Assembly: GCA_963695225.1 (NCBI GenBank)
Contig: OY968762.1
Span: forward strand, 284,501 to 348,500
Reading direction: 5' to 3'
From: Vulcanimicrobiota bacterium
Lineage (GTDB): Bacteria > Vulcanimicrobiota > Vulcanimicrobiia > Vulcanimicrobiales > Vulcanimicrobiaceae
Length of the DNA stretch: 64,000 bases
A program made the position numbers and the translations under genes. Shown in pieces: positions 1 to 10,307 of the stretch. Position 1 is the stretch's first letter. The number at the start of each line of letters is the position of its first letter. The notes beneath the pieces were generated by a model. It worked only from the letters and a program-made list of their open reading frames with translations, was not told where the DNA came from and made no database searches.

Positions 1-827
1 TCTACGATCGCCGCATCAACGCGCTGCGCCCCCATCCCGGCCAAGGCCGCGTCGCCGGCCGCCTGCGCGAACTCGTCGCCGATTCCGAGATCATGCAATC
101 GCATCGCGATTGCGGCCGCGTGCAAGACCCGTATTCGTTCCGCGTGATCCCCGTCGTGCACGGCGCCGCGCGCGACGCGGCGGCCTACGTCCGCGGCGTC
201 GTCGAAATCGAAGCGATCTCCGTAACCGACAACCCGCTCGTCTTCCCCGATGACGACGAATTCCTGACGGGCGGAAACTTCCACGGCCAGCCGGTCGCGC
301 TCGCCTCCGATTTCCTGAAGATCGCGATGGCCGAACTCGCGAGCATCAGCGAGCGGCGCACCTACTTGCTGCTCAACGGCGAAGAGCGCGGCCTGCCGCT
401 CTTCCTCTCGCGCAAGCCCGGCCTCGAATCCGGCCTGATGCTCGTGCAGTACTGCGCGGCCTCCCTCGTCAGCGAAAACAAAGGGCTCGCGCATCCCGCA
501 AGCGTCGATTCGATCCCGACCTCCGCGGGCCAAGAGGACCACGTCTCGATGGGCACGATCGCCGCGCGCACGCTCGACCGCCTGCTCGACAACGTGGAGG
601 GCGCGCTCGCCTGCGAACTGCTCGCCGCCCTCGCTGCAACGGATTTCCGGCGCCCGTTGCATTCGGGCCGCGGCACCGCCGCAGCCTATGCCGCAGCGCG
701 CTCCACGATCCCCCCGCTCGACGGCGACCGCAGCCCCGCACCGGACATCGAAGCCGCCCGCGACCTGCTCCGCTCCGGAGCGCTCGTGGCAGCCGCAGAA
801 GAAGCGATCGGAGGAACGTTGCGATGA
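1..827 (+). CDS. hutH: histidine ammonia-lyase, C-terminal part (5' end outside window)
   Basis: Open from the window edge in the frame of the 93..827 ORF. The translation ([14 protein letters not shown]..., [28 protein letters not shown]) is typical of HAL/PAL-family lyases. The stop overlaps the hutU start. Confidence 0.85.
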   Translation, partial: YDRRINALRPHPGQGRVAGRLRELVADSEIMQSHRDCGRVQDPYSFRVIPVVHGAARDAAAYVRGVVEIEAISVTDNPLVFPDDDEFLTGGNFHGQPVALASDFLKIAMAELASISERRTYLLLNGEERGLPLFLSRKPGLESGLMLVQYCAASLVSENKGLAHPASVDSIPTSAGQEDHVSMGTIAARTLDRLLDNVEGALACELLAALAATDFRRPLHSGRGTAAAYAAARSTIPPLDGDRSPAPDIEAARDLLRSGALVAAAEEAIGGTLR

Positions 828-2509
828 CCACATCGACGGGTGCGCGCACGATCCGCGCCGCGCGCGGAACGCAACTCAGCGCGCTGAGTTGGCAGACCGA
901 AGCGCCGCTGCGCATGCTGATGAACAACCTCGATCCGGAAGTCGCCGAGCGCCCGGAGGACCTCGTCGTGTATGGCGGCATCGGCCGCGCCGCGCGCGAT
1001 TGGGCCTGCTACGATACGATCGTCGCGACGCTGCGCCGCTTACGCGAAGATCAAACGCTCCTCGTCCAATCCGGCAAACCCGTCGGCGTCTTCACGACGC
1101 ACGCCGACGCGCCGCGCGTCCTCATCGCGAATTCGAACCTCGTGCCGCATTGGGCCACGTGGGAGCACTTCCACGAACTCGACCGCAAAGGCCTGATGAT
1201 GTACGGCCAGATGACGGCCGGATCGTGGATCTACATCGGCTCGCAAGGCATCGTGCAGGGAACGTACGAGACGTTTGCCGAGATCGGCCGCCGCCATTTC
1301 GGCGGCGATCTCACCGGGAAATGGATCCTGACGGCAGGCCTCGGCGGAATGGGCGGCGCGCAGCCGCTCGCCGCAACGATGGCCGGCGCCTCGATGCTCG
1401 CAGTCGAATGCGACCCCACCCGCATCGAGCGCCGCCTCGCAACCCGCTACCTCGACCGCCGCGCCGATACGCTCGACGAAGCCCTCGCGCTCGTGCAGGA
1501 CGCATGCGCGCGCGGCGAAGCGCTCTCCGTCGGACTGCTCGGCAACGCCGCGGAAGTCTTCCCGGAACTCGCCCGTCGAACCATCGGCCCCGAGAGCCGC
1601 CCCGGCATCCGCCCAGACGTCGTCACCGATCAAACGAGCGCGCACGATCCGCGCAACGGCTACCTCCCCGCGGGCTGGACGCTGGAACGCACCGCCGAAA
1701 TGCGCAAGAGCGATCCCGCCGCAGTCGAACGCGCGGCGAAAGCCTCGATGGCCGAGCACGTGCGCGCGATGCTCGCGTTCCACGCCGCGGGCATCCCGAC
1801 CGTCGACTACGGAAACAACCTGCGCCAGATGGCGTTCGACGAAGGCGTGCACGACGCGTTCGATTTCCCCGGCTTCGTGCCCGCGTACATCCGGCCGCTG
1901 TTCTGCCGCGGCATCGGCCCGTTCCGCTGGGTCGCGCTCTCCGGCGACCCCGACGACATCTACCGCACCGACGAGAAGATCAAAGAACTCTTCCCCGAGG
2001 ATCGCCTCCTGCACCGCTGGCTCGATCTCGCGCGCACGCGCATCGAGTTCCAGGGTCTCCCCGCGCGCATCTGTTGGCTCGGCCTCGGCGCGCGCGCCCG
2101 CGCGGGCCTCGCGTTCAACGAAATGGTCGCACGCGGCGAGTTGCGCGCCCCGATCGTCATCGGTCGCGACCACCTCGATTCCGGTTCCGTCGCAAGCCCC
2201 AATCGCGAAACCGAAGCCATGCTCGACGGCTCCGACGCCGTCTCCGATTGGCCCTTGCTCAACGCGCTCCTCAATTGCGCGAGCGGCGCGACGTGGGTCA
2301 GCCTGCATCACGGCGGCGGCGTCGGCATGGGCTATTCGCAGCACGCCGGCATGGTCGTCGTCGCCGACGGAACGATCGCCGCGCAAACGCGTCTCGCCCG
2401 CGTCCTCGAAAACGACCCCGCCACCGGAGTGATGCGCCACGCCGACGCCGGCTACGACCTAGCCCGCCAATGCGCCCGCGTCCACCATCTGGACCTCCCC
2501 ATGCCCTGA
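824..2509 (+). CDS. hutU: urocanate hydratase
   Basis: 561 aa of the expected length. Characteristic stretches include [12 protein letters not shown] (NAD site) and [15 protein letters not shown] overlap with hutH. Confidence 0.9.
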   Translation: MTTSTGARTIRAARGTQLSALSWQTEAPLRMLMNNLDPEVAERPEDLVVYGGIGRAARDWACYDTIVATLRRLREDQTLLVQSGKPVGVFTTHADAPRVLIANSNLVPHWATWEHFHELDRKGLMMYGQMTAGSWIYIGSQGIVQGTYETFAEIGRRHFGGDLTGKWILTAGLGGMGGAQPLAATMAGASMLAVECDPTRIERRLATRYLDRRADTLDEALALVQDACARGEALSVGLLGNAAEVFPELARRTIGPESRPGIRPDVVTDQTSAHDPRNGYLPAGWTLERTAEMRKSDPAAVERAAKASMAEHVRAMLAFHAAGIPTVDYGNNLRQMAFDEGVHDAFDFPGFVPAYIRPLFCRGIGPFRWVALSGDPDDIYRTDEKIKELFPEDRLLHRWLDLARTRIEFQGLPARICWLGLGARARAGLAFNEMVARGELRAPIVIGRDHLDSGSVASPNRETEAMLDGSDAVSDWPLLNALLNCASGATWVSLHHGGGVGMGYSQHAGMVVVADGTIAAQTRLARVLENDPATGVMRHADAGYDLARQCARVHHLDLPMP

Positions 2510-2567
2510 GCTCGCGCCGAAGCAACCGGCGGCCCGGGCATGGATTGGATGGGCAGCGCGCAACCGC

Positions 2568-2595
2568 TTGCAATCTTCCGGGCAGCGATTATAGT
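2568..2595 (+). promoter_or_regulatory. putative sigma70-type promoter of the phd/vapC pair with adjacent imperfect palindrome
   Basis: TTGCAA (2568-2573), a 16-nt spacer, then TATAGT (2590-2595), in the only A/T-rich patch of this region. GTAGATAATATAACTAC (2593-2609) is an imperfect inverted repeat, as expected for an autoregulated TA operator. Confidence 0.35.
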
Positions 2596-2624
2596 AGATA
2601 ATATAACTACATTTGGAGCATTCC

Positions 2625-2870
2625 ATGGAAGAAGCCGTGTCGGCGGCAGATGCCAACCGCAGGTTTTCCCTCCTTCTGCGTGGGGTTCGGGAGGGGAACA
2701 GCTACGTCGTGACCAGTCACGGAAAGCCCGTTGCGCGGATCATCCCCGCCGGCAAACGTGACGAGGTCGCCGCCGGCGCGCGCTCGACGCTCCTGTCTCG
2801 CCTCGAAAAGCAGCCCATCATCGATGCCGGACGCTGGACGCGCGATGAACTCTATGAGGGCGATCGGTGA
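2625..2870 (+). CDS. Phd/YefM-type antitoxin
   Basis: Small protein (...ADANRRFSLLLRGVREGNSYVVTSHGKPVARIIP...) with a typical Phd/YefM N-terminal fold signature. GGAG lies 6 nt upstream of ATG 2625 (the track uses an earlier TTG at 2613). 4-nt overlap with the PIN gene. Confidence 0.75.
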   Translation: MEEAVSAADANRRFSLLLRGVREGNSYVVTSHGKPVARIIPAGKRDEVAAGARSTLLSRLEKQPIIDAGRWTRDELYEGDR

Positions 2871-3328
2871 GGATTGCGCTCGATACGAACGTGCTCGCCT
2901 ACGCGGAAGGCATCAATGGTGCGGCGCGGCGCGGCGCTGCTCTATCCCTCATTCGCCGGCTGCCGCAAGAGGCTGCCGTCGTCCCGGTGCAGGTTTTGGG
3001 CGAGCTTTTCAACGTGCTCGTCCGCAAAGCCGGAAGGTCACGGAGCGAGGCCCGCGACGTCTTGTTGAGTTGGCGCGATGCGTTCACCGTCGTCGAAACG
3101 TCACCGGAAGTCATGTTGGCGGCAGCCGACCTCGCGACGGACCACCAGCTGGGCTTATGGGATGCCGTCATCCTGTCGGCCGCCTCGCAAGCGGGTTGCC
3201 GGCTGCTCTTGTCCGAGGCCCTTCAGGAAGGCTTCACCTGGGCCGGCGTGACGGTGGTCAATCTGTTTCCCGATCCAAAGCACCCTCTGCTGCAGGCGCT
3301 CCTGAGCCCCCCGCCCCACGCCGGCTAA
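2867..3328 (+). CDS. vapC: PIN-domain toxin (VapC-like)
   Basis: MRIALDTNVL..., GEL..., LWDAVIL... place the conserved acidic residues as in PIN nucleases. Translationally coupled to the upstream antitoxin. Confidence 0.75.
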   Translation: MRIALDTNVLAYAEGINGAARRGAALSLIRRLPQEAAVVPVQVLGELFNVLVRKAGRSRSEARDVLLSWRDAFTVVETSPEVMLAAADLATDHQLGLWDAVILSAASQAGCRLLLSEALQEGFTWAGVTVVNLFPDPKHPLLQALLSPPPHAG

Positions 3329-4566
3329 CGCTGATCCGAGCGAATCGCCGCGCCGTCTTTATAGACGAGCCCGCGGGGCCGCGCGCCGATCGGGTGCACC
3401 AGCTCCGCCGGGTCCTCGACTTCCCACACCACGAAATCCGCGCGCTTCCCCACGGCGAGCGTCCCGATCTCCGCTCCCAGCCCGAGCGCGCGCGCGGCGT
3501 TGCGCGTCACGCCGGCGAGCCCTTCCTCCGGCGTCAGCCGGAACAGCGTGCAGGCGAAGTTGACGGCCAGCAAGAGCGAGCCCAGCGGCGAGGTCCCCGG
3601 GTTCTCGTCCGTCCCAATCGCAATCGGCACGCCCGCGGCGCGCAATTCCGCAATCGGCGGCAAGCGCGTCTCGCGCAGCGCATAGAACGCGCCCGGCAAC
3701 ACCACCGCAACCGTCCCTGCCGCACGGAGCACCGCCGCCTCCTCGGGCGGCGTGTATTCCAGATGGTCTGCCGAAAGCGCCCCGAACCGCGCCGCAAGTC
3801 TCGCTCCCCCGCCGTCGGTGAACTGATCTGCATGCAGCTTCACGGGCAGCCCCAGCTTCTGCGCCGCCCCGAAAAACCGCGCGATCTGCTCCGGATCGAA
3901 CGCGATCGATTCGCAATACGCATCCACCGCATCGGCGAGCCGTTCGCGCGCGATCCCCGGCAGCACCTCATCGCACACGAACCCGACGTAGTCGTCGGCC
4001 CTCCCCGCAAACTCCGGCGGCACCGCATGCAACCCGAGGTACGTCGTGCGGACGCGCACCGGAAAGCGCCTGCCCAACTCCCGCGCCACGGCCAGCATCC
4101 GCCGCTCCGTTTGGGCATCGAGCCCGTACCCGGATTTGATCTCGATCGTGGTCACGCCCTCGGCGAGGCGGTCGATCAGCCGCCGGCTCGCCGTCGATAG
4201 TAGCGCGTCGAAGGGCGCGTCGCGCGTCGCACGAACGGTCGAAAGGATTCCGCCGCCGGCTTGCGCGATTTCGGAGTAGGTAGCGCCTTCCAAGAGCGCT
4301 TCGAACTCCCCGGCGCGATGCCCGGCATACACGAGGTGGGTGTGAGGATCGACGAGACCCGGCGTCAGGCAGCGCCCGCGAGCATCGCGGACGACGGCGC
4401 CGTTCCGCATCGCCGGCGGCAGCTCGTTGGTCGGCCCGATCCAGGCGATGCGCCCGCCGCGCACGCCGAGCGTGCCGTCCTCGATCAGCCCGTACTTTTC
4501 GCCGGCTTCCATCGTAGCCAGCCGTGCGTGCGTCCAAATGAGCTCGCACGGTTCGAACTCACGCAT
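3325..4566 (-). CDS. hutI: imidazolonepropionase
   Basis: Amidohydrolase-fold motifs (DPHTHLV, KLHADQF, GTDENPGTS) and a typical HutI N-terminus (MREFEPCELIWTHARLATM). I prefer the internal ATG at 4566 over the track start at 4617. Confidence 0.85.
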   Translation of the reverse strand: MREFEPCELIWTHARLATMEAGEKYGLIEDGTLGVRGGRIAWIGPTNELPPAMRNGAVVRDARGRCLTPGLVDPHTHLVYAGHRAGEFEALLEGATYSEIAQAGGGILSTVRATRDAPFDALLSTASRRLIDRLAEGVTTIEIKSGYGLDAQTERRMLAVARELGRRFPVRVRTTYLGLHAVPPEFAGRADDYVGFVCDEVLPGIARERLADAVDAYCESIAFDPEQIARFFGAAQKLGLPVKLHADQFTDGGGARLAARFGALSADHLEYTPPEEAAVLRAAGTVAVVLPGAFYALRETRLPPIAELRAAGVPIAIGTDENPGTSPLGSLLLAVNFACTLFRLTPEEGLAGVTRNAARALGLGAEIGTLAVGKRADFVVWEVEDPAELVHPIGARPRGLVYKDGAAIRSDQR

Positions 4567-4580
4567 CGGCGGGCCGCTCG

Positions 4581-5960
4581 ATGATGAAGCTCTTCGCGGA
4601 AGACGTCCTGCTTCCAAACGGCTGGGCGAAGGACGTGCTGCTTGAAATCGACGAGCGGGGGAATCTCGCGAGCATTCGGCCGGGTTCGCCGCCGTCCGCC
4701 GGGACGCATGTTCGCGGGCCGGTCCTCCCGGGAATGCCGAACACGCACTCGCATGCTTTCCAGCGCGCCCTTGCCGGGCGGATCGAGCGAGCCGGGGGAA
4801 AGGGCCGCGATTCGTTTTGGTCGTGGCGCGAGACGATGTACGAGCTCGTCGAGGCGCTCGGTCCGGACGACCTGGAAGCGCTCGCGACGTCCGCGTATTG
4901 CGAGATGCTGCGCGGCGGCTACACGGCCGTCGGCGAATTCCACTACCTGCATCACGAGCCGGACGGCACGCCCTACGCGCGGCGCGGCGAAACGAGCCTC
5001 CGCCTTCTCGCCGCAGCCGAAACGGCTGGGATCGGGTGCACGCTCCTCCCCGTCTTGTACGGGTCGAGCGGCTTCGGCGGGACGCCCCCCGCCGATCGCC
5101 AGCTGCGTTTCGTGAACGGCCTCGAGGGCTACCTCGAGATCTGGGACGAGGCCGCGCAAGCGGTCTCAGGGAACGCCGACCGGCGCCTCGGCGCCGCGCC
5201 GCACTCGTTGCGCGCGGTCCTGCCGGAACAGCTCCAGACGCTCGTCGCGACGATCGACGAACGCGATCCTCGGGCGCCGCTGCACATCCACATCAGCGAG
5301 CAGCGCGCAGAAGTGGAAGCGTGCCGGCGCTGGAGCGGCCAAACGCCCGTGCAATGGCTCGCCGGGCACGTGGCGCTCTCCGAGCGCTGGACGCTCGTCC
5401 ACGCGACGCACGCGACGGCCCCCGAGCGTTCGTCGATCGCCTTGGCGGGCGCGAACGTCGCGCTCTGCCCCACGACGGAGGCGAATCTCGGCGACGGCAT
5501 CTTCCCGGCCGAATCGTTCGTGCGCGACGGCGGGCGGTACGCGATCGGCTCCGACGGCCACGTCGTGCTGAGTGCGGCGGAAGAATTGCGCTGGCTCGAG
5601 TATTTGCAGCGCCTCACGCTCGAACGGCGCTGCGTCCTCACGGAACCCGGCGGCTCGACGGCGCAGAGCCTTTACGCCGAGGCCGCGCGGTCCGGCGGGA
5701 TCGCGCTCGGCCGGCCGATCGGAGAACTCGTCCAAGGTTATCGCGCGGACCTCGTCGTGCTCGATGCGGCCCATCCGCTCCTGGAAGGTCGCTCGCCCGC
5801 GACGATGCTGGATTCCTACGTCTTCGCCGCGGGCTCCGCCGCCGTCTCGGACGTGATGGTCGGCGGCCGTTGGGTCGTCGAAGAGGGCGCGCACCGCGGC
5901 GAGGCCGAGATTTCGGCCCGCGCGCTACGGACCGCGAGGCGCGTTTTTCGCGAGCGGTGA
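4581..5960 (+). CDS. hutF: formimidoylglutamate deiminase
   Basis: 459 aa amidohydrolase with MPNTHSHAFQR and HISEQ motifs and the typical HutF N-terminus (LLPNGW). Divergent from hutI. Confidence 0.8.
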   Translation: MMKLFAEDVLLPNGWAKDVLLEIDERGNLASIRPGSPPSAGTHVRGPVLPGMPNTHSHAFQRALAGRIERAGGKGRDSFWSWRETMYELVEALGPDDLEALATSAYCEMLRGGYTAVGEFHYLHHEPDGTPYARRGETSLRLLAAAETAGIGCTLLPVLYGSSGFGGTPPADRQLRFVNGLEGYLEIWDEAAQAVSGNADRRLGAAPHSLRAVLPEQLQTLVATIDERDPRAPLHIHISEQRAEVEACRRWSGQTPVQWLAGHVALSERWTLVHATHATAPERSSIALAGANVALCPTTEANLGDGIFPAESFVRDGGRYAIGSDGHVVLSAAEELRWLEYLQRLTLERRCVLTEPGGSTAQSLYAEAARSGGIALGRPIGELVQGYRADLVVLDAAHPLLEGRSPATMLDSYVFAAGSAAVSDVMVGGRWVVEEGAHRGEAEISARALRTARRVFRER

Positions 5961-6005
5961 GCCGCGCAGAGGCCCCCGTCACCATTCATCCGTAGTACGT
6001 CATCG

Positions 6006-6746
6006 ATGGAAGAACAACGAACGCGCGAACCCGCACGCGCGTATATTCTCGGCGGCAACGGCAGCACGCTCGCGTTCGTGCACGATCTCGTCCCCGATCA
6101 GAAGCAGATCGCAGCGTGGCTCGTCCCGCTCGCGTGGACGCCGGTCGGCGTCGTCCTCGGCGAACCGTGGCAGCGCGTGGGAATCGCCGCCGACAACGTC
6201 GCCGGCTGGGCGGATCAAACGTTTTCCCCCGACGATCCGCGTTCGTTCGTGAGCCCCATGCGCGATCTGGAATTGTTGCAGCGCGTCGGTTGGCGCGTCG
6301 AGCGCCCGACCCGCTTGAGCGAATCCGTCGTGTTGAACCCCGAGGATCTGCCGGAAGACATCCTCGACGGCCTCGACCATCCGGCGGCGACGCTGACGCA
6401 ATGCGCGATCTGCCGCCGCACGTGCGTGCGCGATCACTTCGTGTGGAACGATCGCCAGCTCTGCGCGTGGGATTATCATTCGTCGGTCTTCGGCCGGCGC
6501 GGCCCGTGGCGCGGCGTTCCGTACGAGGAGCGTTTGTTCGAAACGTTGCCGCGCGCGCCGTACGTCGTCGGCGCGTTGCTCGACGAAATCTCCGTCGACG
6601 CGGTCCTCGCGATCTCCGGTTTCCCGGAAGAGGCGCAACGCGAAATCGTCAACCTCGCGATCGAACGCGGGGGCGAGGCATCGTATCTGGCGGTCCGTAC
6701 GGACGACGGCTACACGCTGCTGCGCGAGCGCTCGCCCGCGCGGTGA
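6006..6746 (+). CDS. hypothetical protein with Cys cluster
   Basis: 246-aa ORF with non-degenerate composition. CAICRRTCVRDHFVWNDRQLCAWDYH is a possible metal-binding cluster. The stop overlaps the GTG start of the PBP gene (GTGA). Confidence 0.5.
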   Translation: MEEQRTREPARAYILGGNGSTLAFVHDLVPDQKQIAAWLVPLAWTPVGVVLGEPWQRVGIAADNVAGWADQTFSPDDPRSFVSPMRDLELLQRVGWRVERPTRLSESVVLNPEDLPEDILDGLDHPAATLTQCAICRRTCVRDHFVWNDRQLCAWDYHSSVFGRRGPWRGVPYEERLFETLPRAPYVVGALLDEISVDAVLAISGFPEEAQREIVNLAIERGGEASYLAVRTDDGYTLLRERSPAR

Positions 6747-8170
6747 CCGAAGAGCCCGGCCGGTCGGGCATCAACGCCGCGATCGGGCGTTTGTGGATCG
6801 TCTTCGTCGCGTGCTTTTTGGTGCTGATCGGCCGCCAAGTGTGGTTGCAGATCTTCGCCGCCGACCGCATCGCGAGCGACCCGCACAACCCGCGCGCCGC
6901 GTTGCTGACGGAATATCGCGGCTCGATCCTCGCGCGCGACGGCACGCCGCTCGCGTATTCCACGAAGGCCGGGCGCATCTATCCGTACGGCGCGGCGTTC
7001 GCGCATTCGATCGGGTATCTCTCGAGCCGCTACGGTGCGACCGGCCTCGAAGACGCCTTCGATGCGGATCTGAAGGCGCGCCCGTCCCCTTCCGATCCGC
7101 TCGCGCAAGCGCGCGCGCTGTTCGCGGGCGCTCCGCTCCCCGCGAGCGTTCGCGGGGCCGACGTGATCACGACGCTCGATCCCGCGATCCAGCGCACGCT
7201 CTACGACGCCCTCTCCGAACACGCGCGCGGAGCGGGCGTCGTCCTCGATCCGCGCACGGGCGAAATCCTCGCGCTCGCGAGCGTTCCCAGCTTCGACCCC
7301 GGCTCGATCGATCGCGACTTTCCGGCGTTGCGCGTCGATCCGCAGAGCCGCCTGCTCGACCGCAGCATCGACGGGCTCTACCCGCCCGGCTCGACGTTCA
7401 AGATCTTCACGGCCGCAAGCGCGCTAGACGCGGGCGTCGTCGATTCCGAGGAGACCTTCCACGACAAGGGGACGCTGCAGGTCGGCACGTTCGTGGTGCA
7501 CGACAACGAAGGCGAGGCGACCGGCACGCAAACGCTGACGGGCGCGTTCGCGCTCTCGAGCAACGTCGATTTCGCCGAGATCGCGCTGCGCCTCGGCGCG
7601 GACCGCTGGTTCGGCTACGCGCAGCGCTGGAAGCTCGGCGAGCCGCTCGGTTTCGAGCTCCCCGCCGTCCGCGACCGTCTCCCCGATCCGGCGACGGTTT
7701 CCCCGTCGATCCTCGCCCAACTCGGCTTCGGCCAGGCAAACCTGCTCGTGACCCCGCTCCGCATGGCCCTGGTCGCCGCCACGATCGCGAACGAGGGCGC
7801 GACGCCCCGCCCGCTCGTCGTGCGTGCGATCCGGGGGGCGGGCGTGCCGGTGCGCCGTTTCCCGCATGCGATGTTGACCGCTCCGATCTCGGCCTCGACC
7901 GCGGCCTCCGTCCGCGACATGATGATCGCCGTCGTCACCCGCGGAACGGGGACGGCCGCGGCGCTTTCCGGCGCGCAAGTCGCCGGCAAAACGGGGACCG
8001 CGACGAACTCGACGGGAAGACCGCACGCATGGTTTGTGGCCTTCGCGCCCGCGGAGCACCCGCGCGTCGCCGTAGCGATAGTGATAGAGAACGCCGGCTA
8101 CGGCGGAGCCATAGCCGCCCCGATCGCGCGCCGCGTCCTCTCCACAGCCCTAGAGCGAATCCGCACATGA
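6743..8170 (+). CDS. penicillin-binding protein, class B transpeptidase (PbpA/FtsI-like)
   Basis: An N-terminal TM segment (IGRLWIVFVACFLVLIG) followed by the STFK, SSN and KTGT motifs. Start taken as the in-frame GTG at 6743; the upstream part of the 6116..8170 track ORF is Arg-rich shadow sequence. Confidence 0.85.
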   Translation: MTEEPGRSGINAAIGRLWIVFVACFLVLIGRQVWLQIFAADRIASDPHNPRAALLTEYRGSILARDGTPLAYSTKAGRIYPYGAAFAHSIGYLSSRYGATGLEDAFDADLKARPSPSDPLAQARALFAGAPLPASVRGADVITTLDPAIQRTLYDALSEHARGAGVVLDPRTGEILALASVPSFDPGSIDRDFPALRVDPQSRLLDRSIDGLYPPGSTFKIFTAASALDAGVVDSEETFHDKGTLQVGTFVVHDNEGEATGTQTLTGAFALSSNVDFAEIALRLGADRWFGYAQRWKLGEPLGFELPAVRDRLPDPATVSPSILAQLGFGQANLLVTPLRMALVAATIANEGATPRPLVVRAIRGAGVPVRRFPHAMLTAPISASTAASVRDMMIAVVTRGTGTAAALSGAQVAGKTGTATNSTGRPHAWFVAFAPAEHPRVAVAIVIENAGYGGAIAAPIARRVLSTALERIRT

Positions 8171-8201
8171 GCAGCCCTATCACCCTGAGCCCGCACCCCG
8201 C

Positions 8202-10307
8202 ATGATCGAGCGCGTCTTCAACGATCGCTACCGCCTCGAAGGCCGCCTCGGCGAAGGCGGCATGGCGACGGTCTTCTCCGGTTTCGACACGCTCCTGCGC
8301 CGCCGCGTCGCCATCAAAGTCTTGCGCGCGCAGTACGCCGCAGACGAAGACTTCGTGCGCCGCTTCTACGATGAAGCGCAACACGCGGCCAAACTCTCGC
8401 ACCCCAACATCGTCAACATCTACGACGTCGGGCACGAAGGCGACACCTACTTCATCGTCATGGAACTCGTCGACGGTGAAACGCTCGCCGAGATGCTGCA
8501 CGGCGGGCGCCGCCTCCCCGAGCGCGTCGCAATCGATTACGCAACCCAAATCTGCAACGGCCTCGCCTACGCGCACCGCCAGGGCCTGCTGCACCGCGAC
8601 ATCAAGCCCGCGAACATCCTCGTCACGAAAGACGACATCGTCAAACTCTCCGATTTCGGCATCGCGCGCGCGGTCTCGACGCAGACCGTCACGATCGCCG
8701 AACCCGGCGTCGTGATGGGCAGCGTGTTCTACCTTTCGCCCGAACAGGCGCAAGGCCGCGAACTGCACGAGCAATCCGATCTCTACAGCCTCGGCATCGT
8801 GCTTTTCCAAATGCTGAGCGGCCGCTTGCCGTACACCGGCGAATCGCCGATCGCAATCGCGCTCAAGCACGTCGCCGATCCGATCCCCCCGCTCGACGGC
8901 GAAGGCGAATCGATCTCGCCCGCCACGTCCGCGATCGTGCACCGCCTGCTCCTCAAGGACCCGGCCGCCCGCTTTTCCTCGGCGAGCGAAGTCGCGGGCG
9001 CGCTGCGCGCGGCCCGGGAGGAACCCGCCGAGGGGCGATTCGCCGCGACGAACGGGCAGAAGGACGCCGCCCGCGCGGCGCGCGCCGCGAACATCCCGCC
9101 GCGCCGCTCGAGCTTCCCGGATCGCAGCGCCGCCGCCGCCTCGGCTCGCGCCGCCCGCGGCATCGCCGCCGACGTCCCCGGCCGCTCGAAGACGCGGTCG
9201 CAGAACGGCCAACGCCCGACGATCCTCCTGCTGCTCGCGGTCTTGCTGGTCGTCGCCTCGTTCGTCGGCTACTTCATGTTCTCCAAGCCCGGCGGGCTCT
9301 TCGGCGCCCCCGTCGAGGTCGCGGATTACGCCGGGCAGACGCTCGACGACGCGCGGCCCGCGATCGAAGCTGCGGGCCTGAAATTCCGCGTGACGCAGGA
9401 GCCGAACGAAACGGTCCAGATCGGCCGCATCATCCGCCAAGCGCCGCCGCCGAAGACGAGCGTCGAGCCGGGGACGACGGTCGAATTGTACGTGAGTTCA
9501 GGTCTGCCGACCGTCGATCTCGTCGACGTGCGCAACTATACGGCCGACGACGCGCAGCGCCTGTTGCGCGGGGCGAAGCTCGTGCCGAAGCTCGTCGAGA
9601 AGTTCGACAAGTCGCCGAAGGGCACGGTCCTCGCGCAGGATCCGCTCCCCGGCGCGAAGCTCGCGCAGCGCAGCATCGTCACGCTGACGGTTTCCAAGGG
9701 CCTCGCGCCCGTCTGGGTGCCGGACGTCGTGAGCATGACCGTCCCCGACGCGACCGCAGCCTTGCAGGCGCGCGGCCTCAAGCTGGAAATCGGCGAGCGA
9801 GCCGCGCTCGACGGCGTCCCGGAGAACGTGGTCGCCTCACAGGATCCCAAAGCGGGTGCGAGCATCGACGCGGGCGCAACGGTCACGGTCGTCGTCAGCG
9901 GCGGCCCGGGGAACGTCACCGTCCCCGAAGTCGGCGGTCAGAGCGTCGCCGAAGCGGTCGCGGCTTTACAGAACGCCGGGCTGCAAGCGACGTTCGTCTA
10001 CATCGTGCAGGTGGGGACGCCGAGCGGCACCGTCCTCGACGAATTCCCCGCAGGCGGCTCGCAAAAACAGCGCGGCTCGCAAGTCCGCCTCTCGATCGCC
10101 GTCCCCGGCACCGTCCCCGACGTCTCCGGCATGACGCTCGATGGGGCGCGGACGGCATTGCAGAACGCCGGCTACCGCGTCGGCAACGTCGCCATCACGG
10201 ACCAAGGCGACGCAGGGAAGGTCGTGCGCACAGAACCCGAAGCGAACGCCCCGCTCCATCCCGACGAAGCCGTAACGATCTACTACAACGCCCCGGCCGC
10301 CCAATGA
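8202..10307 (+). CDS. Ser/Thr protein kinase with five PASTA repeats (PknB-like)
   Basis: HRDIKPANIL and DFGIA kinase motifs, one TM segment (TILLLLAVLLVVASFVGYF), then five ~65-aa PASTA-like repeats. Confidence 0.9.
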   Translation: MIERVFNDRYRLEGRLGEGGMATVFSGFDTLLRRRVAIKVLRAQYAADEDFVRRFYDEAQHAAKLSHPNIVNIYDVGHEGDTYFIVMELVDGETLAEMLHGGRRLPERVAIDYATQICNGLAYAHRQGLLHRDIKPANILVTKDDIVKLSDFGIARAVSTQTVTIAEPGVVMGSVFYLSPEQAQGRELHEQSDLYSLGIVLFQMLSGRLPYTGESPIAIALKHVADPIPPLDGEGESISPATSAIVHRLLLKDPAARFSSASEVAGALRAAREEPAEGRFAATNGQKDAARAARAANIPPRRSSFPDRSAAAASARAARGIAADVPGRSKTRSQNGQRPTILLLLAVLLVVASFVGYFMFSKPGGLFGAPVEVADYAGQTLDDARPAIEAAGLKFRVTQEPNETVQIGRIIRQAPPPKTSVEPGTTVELYVSSGLPTVDLVDVRNYTADDAQRLLRGAKLVPKLVEKFDKSPKGTVLAQDPLPGAKLAQRSIVTLTVSKGLAPVWVPDVVSMTVPDATAALQARGLKLEIGERAALDGVPENVVASQDPKAGASIDAGATVTVVVSGGPGNVTVPEVGGQSVAEAVAALQNAGLQATFVYIVQVGTPSGTVLDEFPAGGSQKQRGSQVRLSIAVPGTVPDVSGMTLDGARTALQNAGYRVGNVAITDQGDAGKVVRTEPEANAPLHPDEAVTIYYNAPAAQ

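Noticed and set aside
688-5995. Very long alternative-frame and antisense ORFs over the hut genes (for example 688..2601, 1040..2440, 2731..4200, 3968..4549, 4817..5995, 5166..5894).
   Set aside because: The translations are Arg/Pro/Ala-rich low-complexity strings, typical of shadow frames in very G+C-rich DNA. Each overlaps a gene with clear family motifs.
6793-9440. ORFs 6793..8205 (+) and 7935..9440 (-), 7424..8059 (-), overlapping the PBP and kinase genes.
   Set aside because: Same G+C-driven shadow-frame signature, with no motifs. The PBP and PknB frames are unambiguous.
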